In this document: positions 25,199-39,385 of the stretch, in pieces | Position numbering within the stretch: the stretch's first letter is position 1 | Layout: each line of letters starts with the position of its first letter | Assembly: GCF_006345805.1 (NCBI RefSeq) | Contig: NC_043000.1 | Span: 50,530,001-50,594,000, forward strand | Direction: 5' to 3' | Source: Octopus sinensis | Lineage: Eukaryota | Length of the DNA: 64,000 nt | Position numbers and translations under genes: made by a program | The notes under the pieces: generated by a model | The model's input: the letters and a program-made list of their open reading frames with translations, nothing else | Database searches by the model: none | Told to the model about the DNA's origin: nothing

Positions 25199-28100
25199 AT
25201 TAAATATGTATTACAAAATTTATTAGAGATCATGGATAAACCAGTGTTTAATTTTCAACTCGCAACAATTTAATTATTATTTCCTTAATTTAAAATTATT
25301 TGAATAAGTAATCTAAGAGCCTATATTTTTAACATCAAAATTTGTGTTAATGTGAGTCTTCTCTTTGGGATTTTTTTTCTATAGCAAATATTCTCAACCA
25401 AGGCAAATTTTATGATAGCTGAAAATTTAAAAAATTCTGCTTTTGCTCTAGCTTGTTATTTGGTTTAGTCTACTGGATGTGATAATGGCTTACATAGTGT
25501 TATTTGGCAGAAAATATTCAGCCCTTGCTGAATTTTAAATTGTTTCTAGGTCAGTGCTATATTCATGCATATATCTTGCTACATTTTGGGCTTGACTATC
25601 CAATGATGTTAAAAAAAAAACTTCCTGAATATATGTGAAGTAGTTGTGTCCAACGTTTGTGATTGTGTGTAATTTTAAGTATCTACCTACTCACATATAT
25701 TGTGTTGGTATATTTTCTTGATTTTGACTTACAAAGAATCGGGTCTTTCCAGAGTTTCCAAATAATACATAATGCCTCACTGTTATTGTATTGTTCTACT
25801 TTTGGATAAAAGCTGCTGTCTGTTGAAACACTTAACTCTAATTAATTTTACCTTTTTATTTATTTCCTTGCTTGCTTACATATTTGTTTATTCATTGCAA
25901 ATACAATTTAAAATTTCTTTGTTGCACTCATAGAGAATAAAAGATAAAAGAATGAATTCTCTTTGTTGTAGAATCAATGAAATTAAATATTCTGCTTTTC
26001 TGTGTTTGTGTGTGAGTAAATTTTAATGTACTTATATCTAATTATAGGAACTTACTTATGCATTAATGTGTGAATGTGTGAGTGCATGCGTGTATATATG
26101 TGTTTCACATTGAGTTGTGTGTCTTATATATATATATGTATATATATATATTAAAAGATGTTTGTGTATAATAATATATGCAAATGTTGAATAGTGATAA
26201 GATTTTAATTATACAAACATGCATTCTTATACACATATACATACATGTGTGAACATAGTGAATATAAAAACATTCTCATGTGCATATTTATTAGCAAATA
26301 AATGCATATTCACACAAATATAAATACATTGACATAAAAACAGATTTATATAATGACCTTATGTTTGTTGTTTGTTGCGGTTTCATTGGATTAATAAAAT
26401 AGTTTTTACAGATGACCAAAATGATCAATTTAATTTTATTATGTTGATATTTGAGTACAAATATGAGAAATATTTATTTTACTAACTAAGTCTTTTGAAA
26501 TCAAATAATATAAAAAGATATTTCTGTTGTTGGAACATGTATGATTTGTAATAATATGTAATTTATATAGTTAATATAAAAAATCATGTTTGATTATAAC
26601 AAAGCAAATCTCTTCTCTCCTTTACTTTACATTCTATTCTGTTCCTTCATTTCATTAAAAGAATTACCTCAATCTCTTGTCATTTGTTGAATAAATTTTA
26701 TTAGAAATGAACAACTTAAGAATTTGTCTTAACTATGTTCAATGAGAACTCTGAATGTTGTGTAGATTATGATTTGAAATGTATCTTATATTGCAAATCC
26801 TATCTTGTGACTTGCTTTTTAAGAAACAACAAATAAACATCAGGTATATACTAAATTATGTTGTGGCTGTTATTTACTAATCAGGTATCATGAATGTGAT
26901 CAACCAATTATTTTTAAAAGCCATATTACTTGAAAAATTCCACGTAAATGAGTTATTTTGTCTGACAAATATATTTCCTTCTTCTTTTTTATGATTCTGT
27001 GAACTACATTTGATAGTTCATATTTGAATAAGGTTTTGACATTTCAAAGGAGCTAACGTCCTCTGAAACCCATTCATAAAATTTAAAATTAAAATTATTT
27101 TGGTTAATTCTTTTATTAGATATTTTAGCTTATAAAATAAATGCCCTTCTCCCCAGTAAACAATTATTTTATTGATAATGTAAGTTTGGATGAAACACAT
27201 CATACTGTATGTTACCTACATATTTAGAAATCATAGCTCTCTCTTATGTATCTCAACTATCACAGTAATATTTCATGTAGTTCTTATTAATAGAATAATT
27301 AAACTTACACGTAACATATAAAACAAAATGTGAAATCTAGTTCACTAAAAGAAAGACTGACATATTCTCTTGTATAAATTAATCACTATTTTAGTTTGTC
27401 TTAAAGATAGATACATAAACTTTACAAAATGCAAGAGTAACAAAAAGAATTTTGTTTTATATACACTGCATTGCATATCAAATAGAAATAAAAGTAGTTT
27501 TTAATGCAATAAATTTAGCTTGAAGAATACAATTAATTGCAAGAGTAATTTTCTATTATTTACTTATTTATTTGTTTACAAAACTTCCAATAACAAAATA
27601 AAGAATCTATGTTCACATATAATCAGCAGTATCGCCTAGATTGTTCCTTGCATTTCAATTTCTTTTCTCTCTGGAAATAGATTTACATTCTTAATGAGCT
27701 TAAAACATTATCATTCAATTCAGGGTAGTGTTGTATCTGATGAACATGATCAAAATTTTCAATGTAAGAAATACATTATATATTTTTTCTTTTTCTATTT
27801 TTTCTCTCTTTCTCTTTACTTCTATCTTCTTCCCCCTCTCCACTCTCTCTCTCACATGTGCAGATGTTTATAGAAACAGTTAAGAAATTTAGACAAAGGG
27901 CTTCTTTTCAATTCATTTTCTCTATACTTGCATTTCTATTACTGTTATTATTGTGAAAAATAGATGTGAGCTTGAAGATGTGTCTGCTGCCATTGAACTT
28001 GAAGGTACATATGTTACATTACTTGAAGATTTCATATAATTTATGGATCCCTAAAACTGCTAGTCCATGGAACAATATACTATTGTATTATATCATTCCA

Positions 28101-30213
28101 GTATTGCTAATACACATTCTACTGATATTCTAGACAATCTCTCTTTTATGTTAGATAAACATTTGAGTTTTTGCAGCAAAATAACTGGTTTGCTAACAAC
28201 CTAATGTCTTCGTTAAATTTTCTCAAAACATTCACAATCATGTTTCATAAAAAAATTGACTTTTACAATTTTTCTTTTCCAATATTTGTACAATATTAGG
28301 GAATGTAATGTTCAAATTAATCGTATTACTTTCTTTTATGTAGTTTAAATCTGAAAATTTAAGAAAAAATTTTGTGAAATAGTTTTAGGTTTATATATTC
28401 CTCTCTTTATCAATAATACAGCTTCATGTTAATATATCAATTTTCTGTTTTAAATTGTCATATTTTATCAGTGGTTTAGAGCATGTAAATCCTTTTTATC
28501 TATTCTATATTTTAGGATAAATTCATGTTTTATATCATTCTTGAAGGATACCGGTGTTTATTTTTTCTTACCATTTTAATGTCCTAACAAATCATACAAT
28601 TGCTTTTGAGAAGTTTCTTTTCATAGACACATCTTAGAATGTGTTTGTGTATTTGTGCTTGTAACTGAAATATTAAATGAGCAAGCAGATGGAAATATCA
28701 AGATTCAAAAGCACATTTTTAATAAAATATATTCTGACCATTACATTTTATTCAAGTTAGACATCTAATTTGTAATATGCTTGCATTCAGTTATATAGTT
28801 AAGTAAAATACTACATCAAATTTACAAACCATGTTGGATTTTACTAAGTGAGATATTTTTACTTAAATATATTACACCAGAGGTTTTCCTTTCCTTCAGT
28901 TGACTTTTTTTATAGCTAAGGTGTGCATTATTACGTTATAAATCTGAAGTATAAAGCTTCAAGTTTATAAAGAAGGAGAAACAATGTTTTTAAGGGGATT
29001 AATTTATGAAATCAGTCACATTCAAACTGAAACCAAATATTAGATTTGGTTTGTTGAGAATTTAGGTTTATGGAAACCTCTTATTATACATTAGTTTCAG
29101 AATATAAGGGTAAGATATTCAATATTATTATACCTGTATTTTTGTGAGGTTATTTTTGTGAATGTATTTTAGGCTGAAGTTTCATAGTTGAGAATCTATA
29201 AGAGAGAAAAAGAATACCTAATTTAATGGTGATTTAGGTATACTTCGTAAATATAATTTTCCTTACATTTTGAATTTTTAGTATTATACCTATTTAACCA
29301 AAGCATAGAGATATATCTACAAAAAATATTTGAGTGTTCAATGAAAAACATGCACAGAAGAATTCACTGTTAATAAGTATGTTTATGGTCAATGCGGATT
29401 AACAAATATGTTTAACAAAATATCCAAGGTTAACCAAATGCTGTGTGACCTAACAACTAACAGATTGTAATATGGTTATTTATGGAACCTTGATATGTTT
29501 ATCTTTTTAGGTAATTTTCATTGTATTTACTTAGATGGTTGTGTATAACTTCATTTGTGTTAATTCTAAATAAATTACAAGAAACATTACTTAACTGCCA
29601 TAATGCTTCCAGTTCATCAGCTAGGCTGGTGCAAATTCTTACAGTTTCTGCTCACTTTTTTATGACATTTATTAATCAGCACCATTGTTATACGTATTTG
29701 TCATGAAGAATTGTCAGGATTATCTGCTATCTAGTTGTGTGCTTGTATGCTAAAGTCTCTCAGTAATGTCACATTATGTGGGAGAGCATTACTTGAAGCA
29801 GTAGAAATTTGGTTGTTAGCATATGTTGAGTAACTTTGTTATGTAATTGTGTATCCAAGTCTATTTTATTAGAGCCAGTGCTGATTAATGTGGTTTACTG
29901 CCTCAGGAAATGCTCCACACATGCAACATTTGTCTTTTATATTATAGATGCTGTAGATATTTGTTTCAATATATTTAGTATTTATGGCCTACTTTCATAT
30001 TGTGAGTGTTGTTACTTCTACTACTCCATTCAAGCTGGATTTGCATGTCCAGGTCAGAGATTGTATGTGAGTGAGTGAATGAGAGAGAGAGACAGACAGA
30101 CAGAGAGAAAGTATAGTGAAACTGTTAATCCATACAAGTATTTTTCTCTCTCCATTTTTTTCCTATCTCCAGGTTTTCTTTCCTCATTCCTTTCGTTTTC
30201 GTACCGTTTTGAA

Positions 30214-30215
<2 letters not shown>

Positions 30216-30278
<63 letters not shown>
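30216..30278. repeat. (AT)n microsatellite
   Basis: Directly visible. Confidence 0.98.
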
Positions 30279-30283
<5 letters not shown>

Positions 30284-30300
30284 ATATATAATTTTATATA

Positions 30301-30709
30301 TACTCTTTTACTCTTTTACTTGTTTCAGTCATTTGACTGCGGCCATGCTGGAGCATCGCCTTTAATCGAGCAACTCGACTCCGGGACTTATTCTTTGTAA
30401 GCCCAATTCTATCAGTCTCTTTTGCCGAACCGCTAAGTGACGGGGACATAAACACACCAGCATCGGTTGTCAAGCAATGCTAGGGGGACAAACACACACA
30501 CGTATATATATATATACATATATACGACGGGCTTCTTTCAGTTTCTGTCTACCAAATCCACTCACAAGGCTTTGGTCGGCCCGAGGCTATAGTAGAAGAC
30601 ACTTGCCCAAGGTGCCTCGCAGTGGGACTGAACCCGGAACCATGTGGTTGGTAAACAAGCTACTTACCACACAGCCACTCCTGCGCCTATCCACACAGCC
30701 ACTCCTGCG

Positions 30710-30714
<5 letters not shown>
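30301..30714 (-). mobile_element. SINE family A (tRNA head, CORE-like CCTTGGGCAAG, internal microsatellite, hairpin tail), full length
   Basis: Co-linear with 43833-44242 and 51572-51983; CpG-rich; terminal 24 bp duplicated. Confidence 0.93.
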
Positions 30715-30745
<31 letters not shown>

Positions 30746-30796
30746 ATCACCTATTTTTATTACCTATATTTTTATTACCTATATTTTATTACCTAG

Positions 30797-31720
30797 GATA
30801 TAATCATTGTTGTCAAATTGGTAAGGAATAATCTGAGTACTTGGTCCAGATTGTGTAAGAAATTGTTGAAGATGGTCAATGTCTGGTAGTGCAACATGTA
30901 AATTTACAAACACCTCAAGTTTTCAATGTTGTCAGTGCCAATACTCTTTAAAACAAGCATCAAATCATTAAATTTGATATAATACTTTGGGGAGATGTTT
31001 TGTTTTCTTTTTTCAGTTTTTATCATTGCTATATTCTCCTCTAGCCTGCAGTTTTGTTACACTGAATTTCATTTTCAACGATGGGTTTCTAATACTTCTA
31101 GAATGAGTATCTTATCGACTTCAATGTTGTTCCTGTATATTGTCCTACAGAAAATTTGTGGGTTGTTTTCAAAAGCAGAGTTTTTAAAGTGTTTTTCTTG
31201 AATGCTATACCTTTTTAATCTATTATTTAGAGGAGATAATTTCTTTTTATTTCAAACGTGTTTACAGTCATGTTTATCCATTGTTTATTGTTTATTTATC
31301 CATCATACAGTATTTTTGTGGGGTTTTTTTCTAAAAGAGTTACATACTTCCTTCTGCTGGTTTATTGTACTTGCTGTCCTACAGGGAATATGTGTTCCAG
31401 TCTTTAATTAAATCTTCCAGTTATCTATTTTATGTTAGTACTTTCTGTCTTTTGTAACAACAAACTGTTTGTTTAATCTATCGTAGTCTACTATTGTGAG
31501 TATGCAAGCATATAGGAAATCATTTAAGTAGGTAACAGAATTATAATTTTGGGATTTATTATCTGTTTCTACATTAACGATAGAATCCACTAATCTAGTT
31601 TGGTCTTTAAGTGGGTGTCTCTTAAATCTATGTTTACAATTTATTGAAATTCAGTCTGCTAAATGTATTTTGGCAAGCTATTAATACATATATCATCAAC
31701 TTCGTCAACTGCACTGGAAT
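30797..31720 (-). mobile_element. R4/Dong-like non-LTR retrotransposon fragment (pre-RT region and RT start)
   Basis: SVTYLNDFLYAC, KKKLSPLNNRLKRY..FENNPQIFCRT and KSIGTDNIEN..FNNFL..LTNLTTMII resemble LNxLIYA, LKQKxxAxxxRLxRY..FxxNxKxFYR and KSPGxDxIxN..FN..WLTxGxTxLIPK. Confidence 0.6.
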
Positions 31721-33095
31721 GTTGCAGTGAGAGAGACTAGATTTGAAGTTACTAAAAATGTAGGGTAACTGGAAGTCACAGTAAGAGTAATATAAATATC
31801 ATTATTATTACTGTGATTATAGTAGCATTAGCATCACTACTAACAATTTTTCTACTTACAGCATTAGCAAATACATTGTAACACTCTTAACAGCCTTGAT
31901 TTCTAACTGTCAGTAAATGTCCTCAGATGCAGTCAATTTTAATAGCCATGTGTTTGAAAATTTTTTTTATTTGATATTTGTTGTTCAATGCAGGTTTGTA
32001 TGTGTATATTTGTGTCTAATATTGATGCCTCGATTATGGCCGGGAAATATCTTCAGAAACTATTAAAATTTCTATCTTTGGTCAATCATTGGAACAATCC
32101 TGCTCTGGTATCTTCTTAAACAACTCACCAAATGCAGCTCTGTACATTTGTGGTTAGGATTGTTTTAGTCCTAGTGAAAAATCTGATTCAGATTCTTTAC
32201 TGTAGAAAATAAATACAATATATATGTATAAATGTATAAAATACTTATTTTGGAGTATTTCTTTTTATAATTTGAAGTTGAGTTTTAGTAACCACATTTA
32301 GCTGGCAGGAGTGTCTGACTATATCAATGTTATTATTCTATGATATGATGTATTAAATAGCTAATGTCAAATTATTGAAAATGAAGATTCAGTAATATTT
32401 GTTTTAGCTCCATGTGTAAATTTAGTTTGTTTGAAAATTAAAAATATTTTATCTTATCTCTGTACAACTTGCATGATAGAAAAATGTATAACATAAATGC
32501 AGATAGGAAATGATAGTGATGGACCAATTAATCAATATATTGATATCATCAAATATTGCATACATTATACTTTCGTATCTTGATTATTGAAAGATAAAAG
32601 AAACTGTCTGGAGTATCTATCATAAATATTATAGCTATTTCATTCTAATAATCAGATTATGGTCCAGAGAAATTACAAAACTAGATACATACATGCTTTG
32701 TTCAATGATCAATTATCTAATGAATACCTTAAATTATTCTTTTAAATTCTTCTTTAAAATCTAACTATCAAATTTCCTCACAAGACAGCCTTTACCAATA
32801 CTTCAATGAAAAGTTTACCATATAAAGTAATTTAATGAATACAGTGTTATTATGTAATCATTTAATATGTTACACAGAATACTGTGTCCTTGCATAAGAT
32901 AACAATAGACAAAGTTGTTATCTTTTCTTTCTGTATTAGTGCCACCATTGTTATTATTTTAAGCTTTGATGATATTTTAAGTAATGACAAGTTGTTGAGT
33001 ATGTGATAGAAATATGAAATGTAGAATAGTGATAAGCACTGTGGTTTCTACATAAACTCCACAATTACAATTAATTAATGAATCGGCAAATATAC

Positions 33096-33278
33096 CAGTT
33101 CTATGAGGTCACCACTCAAATTACTTGCAAGACAGATGGCATTGAGATTGTCATCATAGCTGGAAATTTTAATGGCTATATCAGGAAACATAAATATTGA
33201 GCCTCTTTCTATTGAATAAATGACTTAGTAACAAGTCTCTGACTTCAGAAAATCAATCAGCTATCTAGTCACATATCA
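33096..33278 (+). mobile_element. RTE LINE AP-endonuclease remnant
   Basis: QFYEV...VIIAGNFNGYIRKH (cf. FY..L...AGDFNGHVG), followed by a decayed FRK..SHLxTY-like stretch. Confidence 0.55.
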
Positions 33279-33678
33279 TTTATTTAAAATTATTTCAAGT
33301 TGAGCCTGGTCTGACAATGGAAAATGAAGAACTTGAAAAAGACTTCTCTATGGAATATCATCAAATTTTAGCAGAATATATTATTTTGATGTAGCTATTA
33401 GAAGATAGTACAGTAACATAGTTGGCTAGACATTGTAAAGGGATAAGTATCTTTAGAACTAGTTACTTTTTTGAAGTCAGTGATGCAAACATGAAAATAA
33501 TTTGCATCACAGAGCCTTGTTTCCTCTACAACTTGTCTGAAGTTACATCCATGCAATGATGCATAAGATAAAGTTGTATGATTTGAAGAAATAAGAAAAA
33601 AATTGAATCTGGGTACAATAACTATAGCTTATCTCCAAGATTTAGAAAAAAAGTTTGGTATTAGTACTTTTCATATTT

Positions 33679-33911
33679 TTGTTTTCTTTTTGGTCCACAA
33701 GGGGCTAAACATAGAGGGGACAAACAAGGACAGACAAAGGGATTAAGTTGATTGCATCGATCCCAGTGCGTAACTGGTACTTAATTTATCAACCCCGAAA
33801 GGATGAAAGGCAAAGTTGACCTTGCGGAATTTGAACTCAGAACATAATGGCAGATGAAATCCCGCTAAGCATTTCGCCTGGTGTGTTAATGTTTCTGCCA
33901 GCTCGCCGCCT
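33679..33911 (-). mobile_element. SINE family B, full length with 12-bp TSD
   Basis: CTTTTCATATTT at 33667-33678 and 33912-33923; intact core ggtacttaatttatcaaccccgaaaggatgaaaggcaaagttgac. Confidence 0.92.
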
Positions 33912-35639
33912 CTTTTCATATTTCTCTCTGTTGGAGGTTTACTAATCATGCTTTATGCAAACAAATTACTTGATTATACTTTTTCTTTACATCAACAAAC
34001 TTTCTTTTTTTTTTCTTATACATATATTTTAATTCTGATAATTACTTGCTTCATAAAGTAGAAAATTAATCTTCATAAGAAAGATTAATAAATGTAAATA
34101 TCAACACATTCAATAGCACTGAAAACAAAATACTATGTATCTAGATGAAACACACCACCCAAACCACAGATAAATTCATTAGGAAAATGAATATGAAATA
34201 ATGTCCTTTTGGAAGCTCACAGACCTGTATGGATTTAGTATTTCTTGAAAAACTGCTAATTCTTTTTGTGGCACACCTATATTGCTTATATTTTTGAGGA
34301 AGTTATTCTTCTCCATTCCCTTAATAAACTTCACTCATGTGACAAAAAAAGACAGTATATTCATGAATAAAGTGAGCTGGATCACTGGGGTCAAATATCA
34401 ATAACAACAACTTTCAATCTTGTCTTAAAGTATGTAATTTTCCTTTACAAAAGTGATGGACTTTTATTGAAAATCAATCATAAATATAAACAGGTAAATG
34501 CCATACTAAATTCTGGACTACAAAATAGCTCTAAATCACTGAAACTGAAGCGAGCAAGCACTGATAGGTAGACTTTATTTCTATTCCTTTTATGACAAAA
34601 ACTTTTTCAAATGTAAGCAGACTGGATGGTAAAATGGGAACATCATAATGTGACTGTCATAAATCCTCTCTTTTTTTTCCTTTTTCATCCTTTCTTTAAT
34701 TGAATTCTTTACTCTGGGAGTTCTTCCCAAATTATTATCACCTGCTATCAATGTGCAACTATTCAAATCTATTCAAATTTCATTCACCCCCATCAAGCTG
34801 TCATAATAGAACAGAGTTGCCAGATGGGATATGCTCTGACTGTGCCTTTTCTTCTCAGCTTAACAAATAAAAATATGTTTCAAATAAGGAATTATGAAGT
34901 GAAATCTAAAATAGCTTTAGAAATAGATTATGTTTATTATCAGGCATTCTCAGATTCTTTCTTACTTTTCTCACTCTGTCTCATTCGCCCTCCCTCTGAC
35001 ACTTTCTCTTTCTCACTCTCTCACTCTCTCTATGTAGGTCATTCTAGGTCTGCTATGTAATTTTCTTTGTAATATATTTAGCAATAAACACAAATATAGT
35101 GATACTGGCTTTCTTTACTTCAATATTTTTCAAGTGATATCTGAGAAGAAGTAATAGAAAATAGCATATTTGTCATAATAACTAATAAAATATTGCAATT
35201 AAACTTCATATGCTTTCAAAACAAAAGCAATTCTGGTTTGACCAATTTTCATGAGCTATGTTTTCTATGATGCTGGTTGTGCAGAAGAAGGTAAAGGTGA
35301 TGGTATTGAATTCTTGAGAATGTTTTGATTTCTTATTCAGAATGAATATTTTCTTTTTTACATTTTTTTTTACAGACAATGAGATAGAAACCTAATAAAG
35401 CTATCTAGACACAGTAGTGGCTACATAGTTAATACGTTTGTTTCACAATCAAATAGTTCTAAGCTTAATCCTACTACATAGCTCTACCTCATATCCTTGA
35501 GATAATCTGAGTCTTGCTAGTAAAATTAGGTTAACAGAAAATGTGTAGAAGCCAGTTAAATGGAATGTGTCTTGATTTGAATTGTAATCTTAATCTGTTG
35601 CTTCACTTAGCACCACCATCTTATTTTTTTTATTAGTTG

Positions 35640-36627
35640 TCCTCATCCATATGCATAACATGACCATACCAGCACAGTATCTTGTACACTACATCTGATG
35701 CCTTCTATACACAATTTTTCTCTCAAATCACTTACACTGTTACACATGCACACTGATACTACCCTTCTGGCTTCATTTCTTATCCTCAGTGGCCACAGTC
35801 CATGCCTCACTGCTATATAGTATAGCTGTATATACACAGGCATCATACAATCTACCTTTCATTCTGAGGGAGAGGCTTTTTGTTACTAACAAAGGTAGAA
35901 GCTCTCTAAACTTCACCCAGCCAATTCTTATTCTTGCTACTACACTTTCAGAACTACTTTTTCTACTGCTAACTTTGTTGCTTAAGTAACAGAAACTAAC
36001 TACTACTTCTAAGGATCGCCCTGGACATTTGAGAGAGTCTATTGTCTGTACATTCCTAGTGCTTAATGTTCCTGCACATCTGCCACAAACATAGACTACC
36101 TTCTCTGTTAGCCTTCCTGTGATACCACTGCACTTCCTGTGTCCATATTTTACACTGGGTACACTGTATGAAGTTTCTTCCAATATCTCCCTGAAGGGAT
36201 CTGTGATTTGCCTGTTTTCCTACTTACTAAGACTTTGGCCTCTGCTTAGTTAACTCAAATGCCCTTTGTTTCTGGACCTTGCTTCCGCAACTGAAAATTC
36301 TTCTATAGTTTTGGTAGTGATTCAGCTGTAAGGTCAAGCTCATTGGCATAGAAGAGCTCCCAAGGGCAGCCAGTCTTAAATCGCTCTGTTATGACCTGGA
36401 GACTATGACAAACAAGAGTGGGGATGAGATTTGATCCTTGGTGAACTCCTTGTACACTCAATTCCTTGCTGTACTCATTGCTGACTTTCATGTTACTGAC
36501 AGCATCAATGTACATTACTTGTACTGCAGCTCTCACCAACCACTCATATATCCCTGGCTTCCACATTGCCCACTAGTTGAAGGAGTGGGGTACCCTGTAA
36601 AAGACCTTCTCCATGTCAGGAAAAGCC
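35640..36627 (-). mobile_element. RTE-clade LINE fragment (reverse transcriptase to C-terminus), frameshifted
   Basis: AFPDMEKVFYRVP, QGVHQGS, CPWELFYANELD (YADD decayed), LEVVVSFCYL, GWVKFRELLPLL, GRLYDACV..LYSSEAW, LREKL.I.GIRC. Confidence 0.93.
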
Positions 36628-36679
36628 ATATATATCTATATCTATATATACATATATATGTGTATGTGTGTGTCTAGGA

Positions 36680-36762
36680 CATCATTCAGTTTCTGTCAGT
36701 CAAATTCACTCACAATGTCTTGGTTAGTGCCAAATTTCTTACCAAACAGCTATGACTGTGAC
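36680..36762 (-). mobile_element. SINE family A fragment with internal deletion
   Basis: ttcagtttctgtcagtcaaattcactcacaatgtctttgg...ttaccaaacagc. Confidence 0.55.
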
Positions 36763-37389
36763 TAAGGATAACTTTATTTCTTGATAGACTGCTTTCTTAT
36801 CTTAGCTATTACTGAGTGATGGTTACTTTTCTCCTGCCTTCCATCCACCAGTTTCGATGGTCATGAACATTGCCTTGCCTCGTCTCATTAAGTTATAAAA
36901 CTTTACTACAAATGAAATTTTTACAAGAAATACCTCAATACAAATTTTCAATCTTCTACTGACTTGTATATTAGTGTAATTTAAAATACTTTTGACGAAT
37001 GCATAAAAACGTAAGAAAATGCATGTTACTTCAAAAAATCATTAGCCTTTTTAAAGTCATTTATTGCTTTTTCTTTTGTTATTCTTTTATTAGTAATATA
37101 TCAAATATTGTAAGAGAAAAAAAAATGTCTGAAATTTTTCAGCTCTAAAAATATAATTGATGAATTAATAGAAATAATATGTTATTATTGAACTATTTCT
37201 TTTTGTTCATTTTTAGAAGTGAATTTAATTAGAATTTTATTAAGTGATTTGACTGTTAAGATTAATTTTATGATTCAAAGTTTAATTAATTTATTCTTAT
37301 AAAGAAACACCCCTTCCTTCAAACTGTGTCTAGTAGATGATAATTTCATCTTTAACAGTGTTCTGAGTCTTATTGGTAATGACCTTCAC

Positions 37390-37560
37390 ACTGATATCTC
37401 AAGAAATTTTAATCATAGCATTTTGAAATAGATTGTGTAGCGTAGAATCATTCCACCATTTCAAAATCCCAATGAAGACATATATTTCTTTTTGCTATCT
37501 TTTGGAATAAGTTTGAAATGTTTCACCATTACTGTTTAAGTCATTATTTGGCAATATGCC
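37390..37560 (-). pseudogene. Possible DDD/E transposase fossil, family uncertain (Sola-like motifs)
   Basis: SNGETFQTYSK then CLHWDFEMVE*FYAT resemble SDGxxxQYKN and CxHxxDFxxxAEWxFFAT; the HGK motif is not preserved. Confidence 0.3.
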
Positions 37561-37611
37561 CATATTAACTTCATATCTTCTAACATCAACTTTCTGGAAA
37601 ATATATTTACA

Positions 37612-37770
37612 CCTTCTTTTCTCTCGATCTCTCTCTATATTTCTCTCTCTCCCTTGCATATATATATGTACATGTTTGTATGTATTTATGTGTATGTATA
37701 CATAGGTGTGTACAGACATGCACACACACATATATGTATATATGGACGTGTGTGTGTGTGTGTGTGTCTA
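37612..37770. repeat. Compound (CT)/(AT)/(GT) low-complexity tract
   Basis: Directly visible. Confidence 0.85.
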
Positions 37771-39342
37771 TAATGAGCCAATTATTAATTGTAAAGAACA
37801 AAAACACAACTTTTAGAGGCAACTGAACTGTGAAATACATTATCTACATTCTGTCAAGACTAAATCAAAAAACAGTTTGTTTGTGTTTTCCATGGAAAGA
37901 TGAATTTTTTTCATAATAGAAGACACAAAGCACCAACCAGTAATCACTAGAGTTACCATTGTAGTATTTTTTTATGTAGACTAAGGTCATGTGCTTTAAT
38001 AGCCATATTGAGAGTTTTACGACCTACAATGTTAAGACAGACACTCATTTAGATTACAATAACATCTTGCTGCTTTCATTGGAATATTTCAGTTGCCTAC
38101 TTGCATTGGTTACTTACCAAAGTTATTATTAGCAAACTGTTATTCACTTCTTTTTTTTTCATATATTTAGATTTTTACTTTTTTTTCTGAAATAGAGCAA
38201 ATGTTACTTTAAAATATTTCAATTGATTTTTTTTTTACATTGAAATCCAACGTTGCTTTTTACATTGTAAAGTAAAATTCTAATAAATATTTATATAAAT
38301 TATTTTTTAAATGATCAATATTTGTAGATAGTAGTAAAATAAATTTGAAAAATATGGTAAATATCTTTGTAAGCATACATTAATTGAAGAAATACTAATA
38401 TCTCAATTCTAAAACGTTCAAAACTTTCCAAAACAAACTAGCGAAATTATATAAGTTATAATAATTAAAAATAAAATCATTTTAAACTTCAAAATGGAAT
38501 ATGATTATTGGATTGAATAAATAAAAATATAAAATCATTAATTTAGTAGTCTGTAAAAACTAAATAAAAGGAAATTCTTTTTTTTTTAAGTAATAGAAAG
38601 AGTGGAGTAAAATACGTTTGATTTTAAAGCAATTGTTTAAAACAAATGAAAAATGAAAATAAAATATATGCATCAATATTGTATATATTTATATTAGTAT
38701 TTTAATGCTAAGTTAATAATTGCTTTTGTATATTGGTCAATTTTGAATGAAAAATATTTAATATTGGAGTGGGTTTCTAACAAAATGGTGGATTTTTAAG
38801 TAAATATATGCTTTCAACTTTTGTTGAATACACATAAATTGTACATAAATTTATTAATTTTCTTTTTTCACTTTACATCATATATTTTGATGTCAATAAT
38901 TTTGAGTCCTTTTGCTTCAAATTTAATAAAGAGACAATGTTTTCTTGTATTTAAAAATCAAGTAGAGAAATTTGTGTTGTATTCATCACAGCATTTCAAT
39001 GTAAATTAATTCTATTGGATTAAAATGGTTTATTCTTAGCCTAATCAATTTATTGAGAATAACTTATTTTTCAAAATGTTATCGTAAGTAATATTAGACT
39101 TTCTAAGGATAGACAAATTATTGGTTAATTCCTCATATAGTCTTATATAATCACTTTTTCTTTCTTCAGCAGAAGGTAAAAGCTAAAAAGTAATTCATTT
39201 TCATGTATTTTATCTGTTATTCCCTTATTAGCTGTGATTAAAAAAATAGCAAAGCAAATCAAACTGGCATAATTTCTGATACTCTTCTAGATGTAATTCT
39301 AAATTATCAGGTACTGCAAGACATACATATATACATATGTAC

Positions 39343-39383
<41 letters not shown>

Positions 39384-39385
<2 letters not shown>

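Noticed and set aside
27964-28004. Exon-like AG|..CELEDVSAAIELE G|GT
   Set aside because: Weak polypyrimidine tract; the opposite strand reads VPSSSMAADTSSS, compatible with a hAT dimerisation fossil; no partner exon.
32025-32070. CTCGATTA..GAAAC possible second pLTR hammerhead
   Set aside because: Core and helices too degenerate.
39170-39175. Possible 6-nt microexon ttcttcag|CAGAAG|gtaaaa
   Set aside because: Such matches are expected by chance in 64 kb of AT-rich DNA; needs RNA evidence.
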